Assembly (NCBI RefSeq): GCF_018350175.1
Contig: NC_058368.1
Span: 20,338,001-20,402,000 of the forward strand
From: Felis catus
Taxonomy: Eukaryota
Length of the DNA: 64,000 bases
Reading direction: 5' to 3'
Shown here: positions 62,508-64,000 of the stretch, one piece after another
Numbering within the stretch: position 1 is the first letter of the stretch
Layout of the letters: every line of letters begins with the position of its first letter
Notes under the pieces: generated by a model
What the model saw: only the letters and a program-made list of their open reading frames with translations
Database searches by the model: none
What the model was told of the DNA's origin: nothing
Translations under genes and position numbers: made by a program

Positions 62508-63041
62508 CATTTGGGAATCCCATCAACTGTCTTTATTTGAGACCCTTTGTGAATGTGAAGCTTGAGTCAAAGTGCCCCCGCCCCTCCTCTCCAGAGCCTG
62601 CCCCAGCTTACTTATGTTTCACAAGAATGGAGGACAGAAAGTAGGAAAGGAGAAAGGGAGCTGGGGTGTGAGGGGGTCTGGACACTGGTGATCACATAGA
62701 TGTTGATACTTCTGTACCATAAAACACTGGGCAACCAGTAGAGTGAAATTGAAGAGAAATATTCAATGACCTGAGGAAACATACAGTCCGTGAAATACTG
62801 TTAAGTAGAAAAGCAAGCTTCCAAACTATATGCACGGTGTGGGCTGTGGGAGGCTTACAGGCCAGAGCTTGGAAATGGAGGCTGATAGTGTAGCCATCAT
62901 GAAATGATGTGAGACTTCTAGTTTCTTTGTCGTGCTTCTCCCAAATTTCTGGTTTCCATAAAGAATATTATGGAATACTCATGAATATTGCTTTTGTAAT
63001 CAGACAAAACATATACATGTTGTTTGAAAATACTAATACGA

Positions 63042-63260
63042 GGGGCGCCTGGGTGGCGCAGTCGGTTAAGCGTCCGACTTCAGCCAGGTCACGATCTCGC
63101 GGTCCGTGGGTTCGAGCCCCGCATCAGGCTCTGGGCTGATGACTCAGAGCCTGGAGCCTGTTTCCGATTCTGTGTCTCCTTCTCTCTCTGCCCCTCCCCG
63201 TTCATGCTGTGTCTCTGTCCCAAAAATAAATAAAAAACGTTGAAAAAAATAAAAAAAAAA
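63042..63260 (+). mobile_element. Young felid Can-SINE (SINEC_Fc type)
   Basis: Near-consensus, 16-bp TSD gaaaatactaatacga/gaaaatactaatatga. Confidence 0.95.
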
Positions 63261-63876
63261 GAAAATACTAATATGAAAGAAAGGAAGAAGAAGGAAGAGG
63301 GAAGAGAGGGAGGAAGGAAGGGAGGGAAGGAGCCCATCCCTCCTTTTGTGCTTCGTCGGTTGACTGTCCCTCTGTCCAGGGGCTACAAGAAGGGGGAGAC
63401 AGGAAAGGACAGAGATGCCAGCTTGGGGGACAGAGGGTACATATAGTCCTCAGGATTGTCCTGTCCCTCGTCCCCCCCCCCCCCCCCAGCGAGGGGAGGC
63501 ACAGACTTGGTCTGTGTTGCTAGGTGGTACCAGTCACAGCCCCGTTCAGGCAGGCAGGATCCTGGAACCCACAGACTCAGCCTGCAGCCTGCCAGAGACC
63601 TGCTGTGTGCCGAGGGCTGCTCGGCTGCACATCCCAGAGGGCCGTTCAGGCTTTGATTCCGTTGTCGAGTACCTAAAACCTCAGTTATTAGTTATGGAGC
63701 ATTGCTTAGAAGTTTAGCACAGGGCATAATTTTGGTTAATTAGTCGGTACAAACACATACACTGTTTATCAACACAAATAAATTGCATAATGGGTTTGTT
63801 TAATTGCCACATGCACTCTCTTTGGTTTTTAGGATAACCAAAAGCTGCACATGGATGTGGCTATACTACACCCACA

Positions 63877-63877
<1 letters not shown>

Positions 63878-63914
<37 letters not shown>
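63878..63914. repeat. (CA)n microsatellite
   Basis: Direct inspection. Confidence 0.95.
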
Positions 63915-63915
<1 letters not shown>

Positions 63916-64000
63916 CTCTCCTCTCTTATGGGGCCAGGTGCCTGACTTTTGCTGCTCTCACCCTCCTCCCTCCCTCCCCCTCCCTCCAGCTACCTCACCG

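Noticed and set aside
62126..62644. 172-aa ORF
   Set aside because: Lies over an MLT1A LTR, so the translation is spurious.
1..64000. CRISPR arrays, operons, functional tRNA/rRNA genes or a novel coding system
   Set aside because: Mammalian intergenic DNA. tRNA-like stretches are SINE heads, and no regularly spaced repeat array or multi-gene coding cluster was seen.

Overview
Mammalian genomic DNA from a felid (cat family), identified by about 27 carnivore Can-SINEs, several of them near-consensus SINEC_Fc-type copies, and felid-type L1 3' ends. The only recognisable protein-coding sequence is coding exon 1 of FAM124A on the minus strand (2142..2078, MDPKTGGGEEDDCVDSGAETG|G). It lies in a CpG-island promoter, and intron 1 runs off the left edge. 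The remaining ~61 kb is upstream intergenic DNA made mostly of SINE, L1, L2, MIR, LTR and DNA-transposon relics plus microsatellites. From memory of human 13q14.3 synteny (not verified here), C13orf42/GUCY1B2/RNASEH2B should lie beyond the right edge. I found no convincing new protein-coding system. The best sequence-level observations are: a ~320-bp micro-inversion that split a SINE (24.3-24.7 kb); a 43-bp templated insertion copied from 2.6 kb away; an intact CpG-rich gammaretrovirus-like solo LTR pointing at FAM124A; a 39-nt U2 snRNA retro-fragment with TSDs; a 155-bp imperfect palindrome capped by two DR3 nuclear-receptor motifs; a 79-nt hairpin in repeat-poor DNA; a twin-primed L1; and several multi-layer nested insertions. 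Repeat subfamily names come from recalled consensus sequences, and old-repeat boundaries are approximate.
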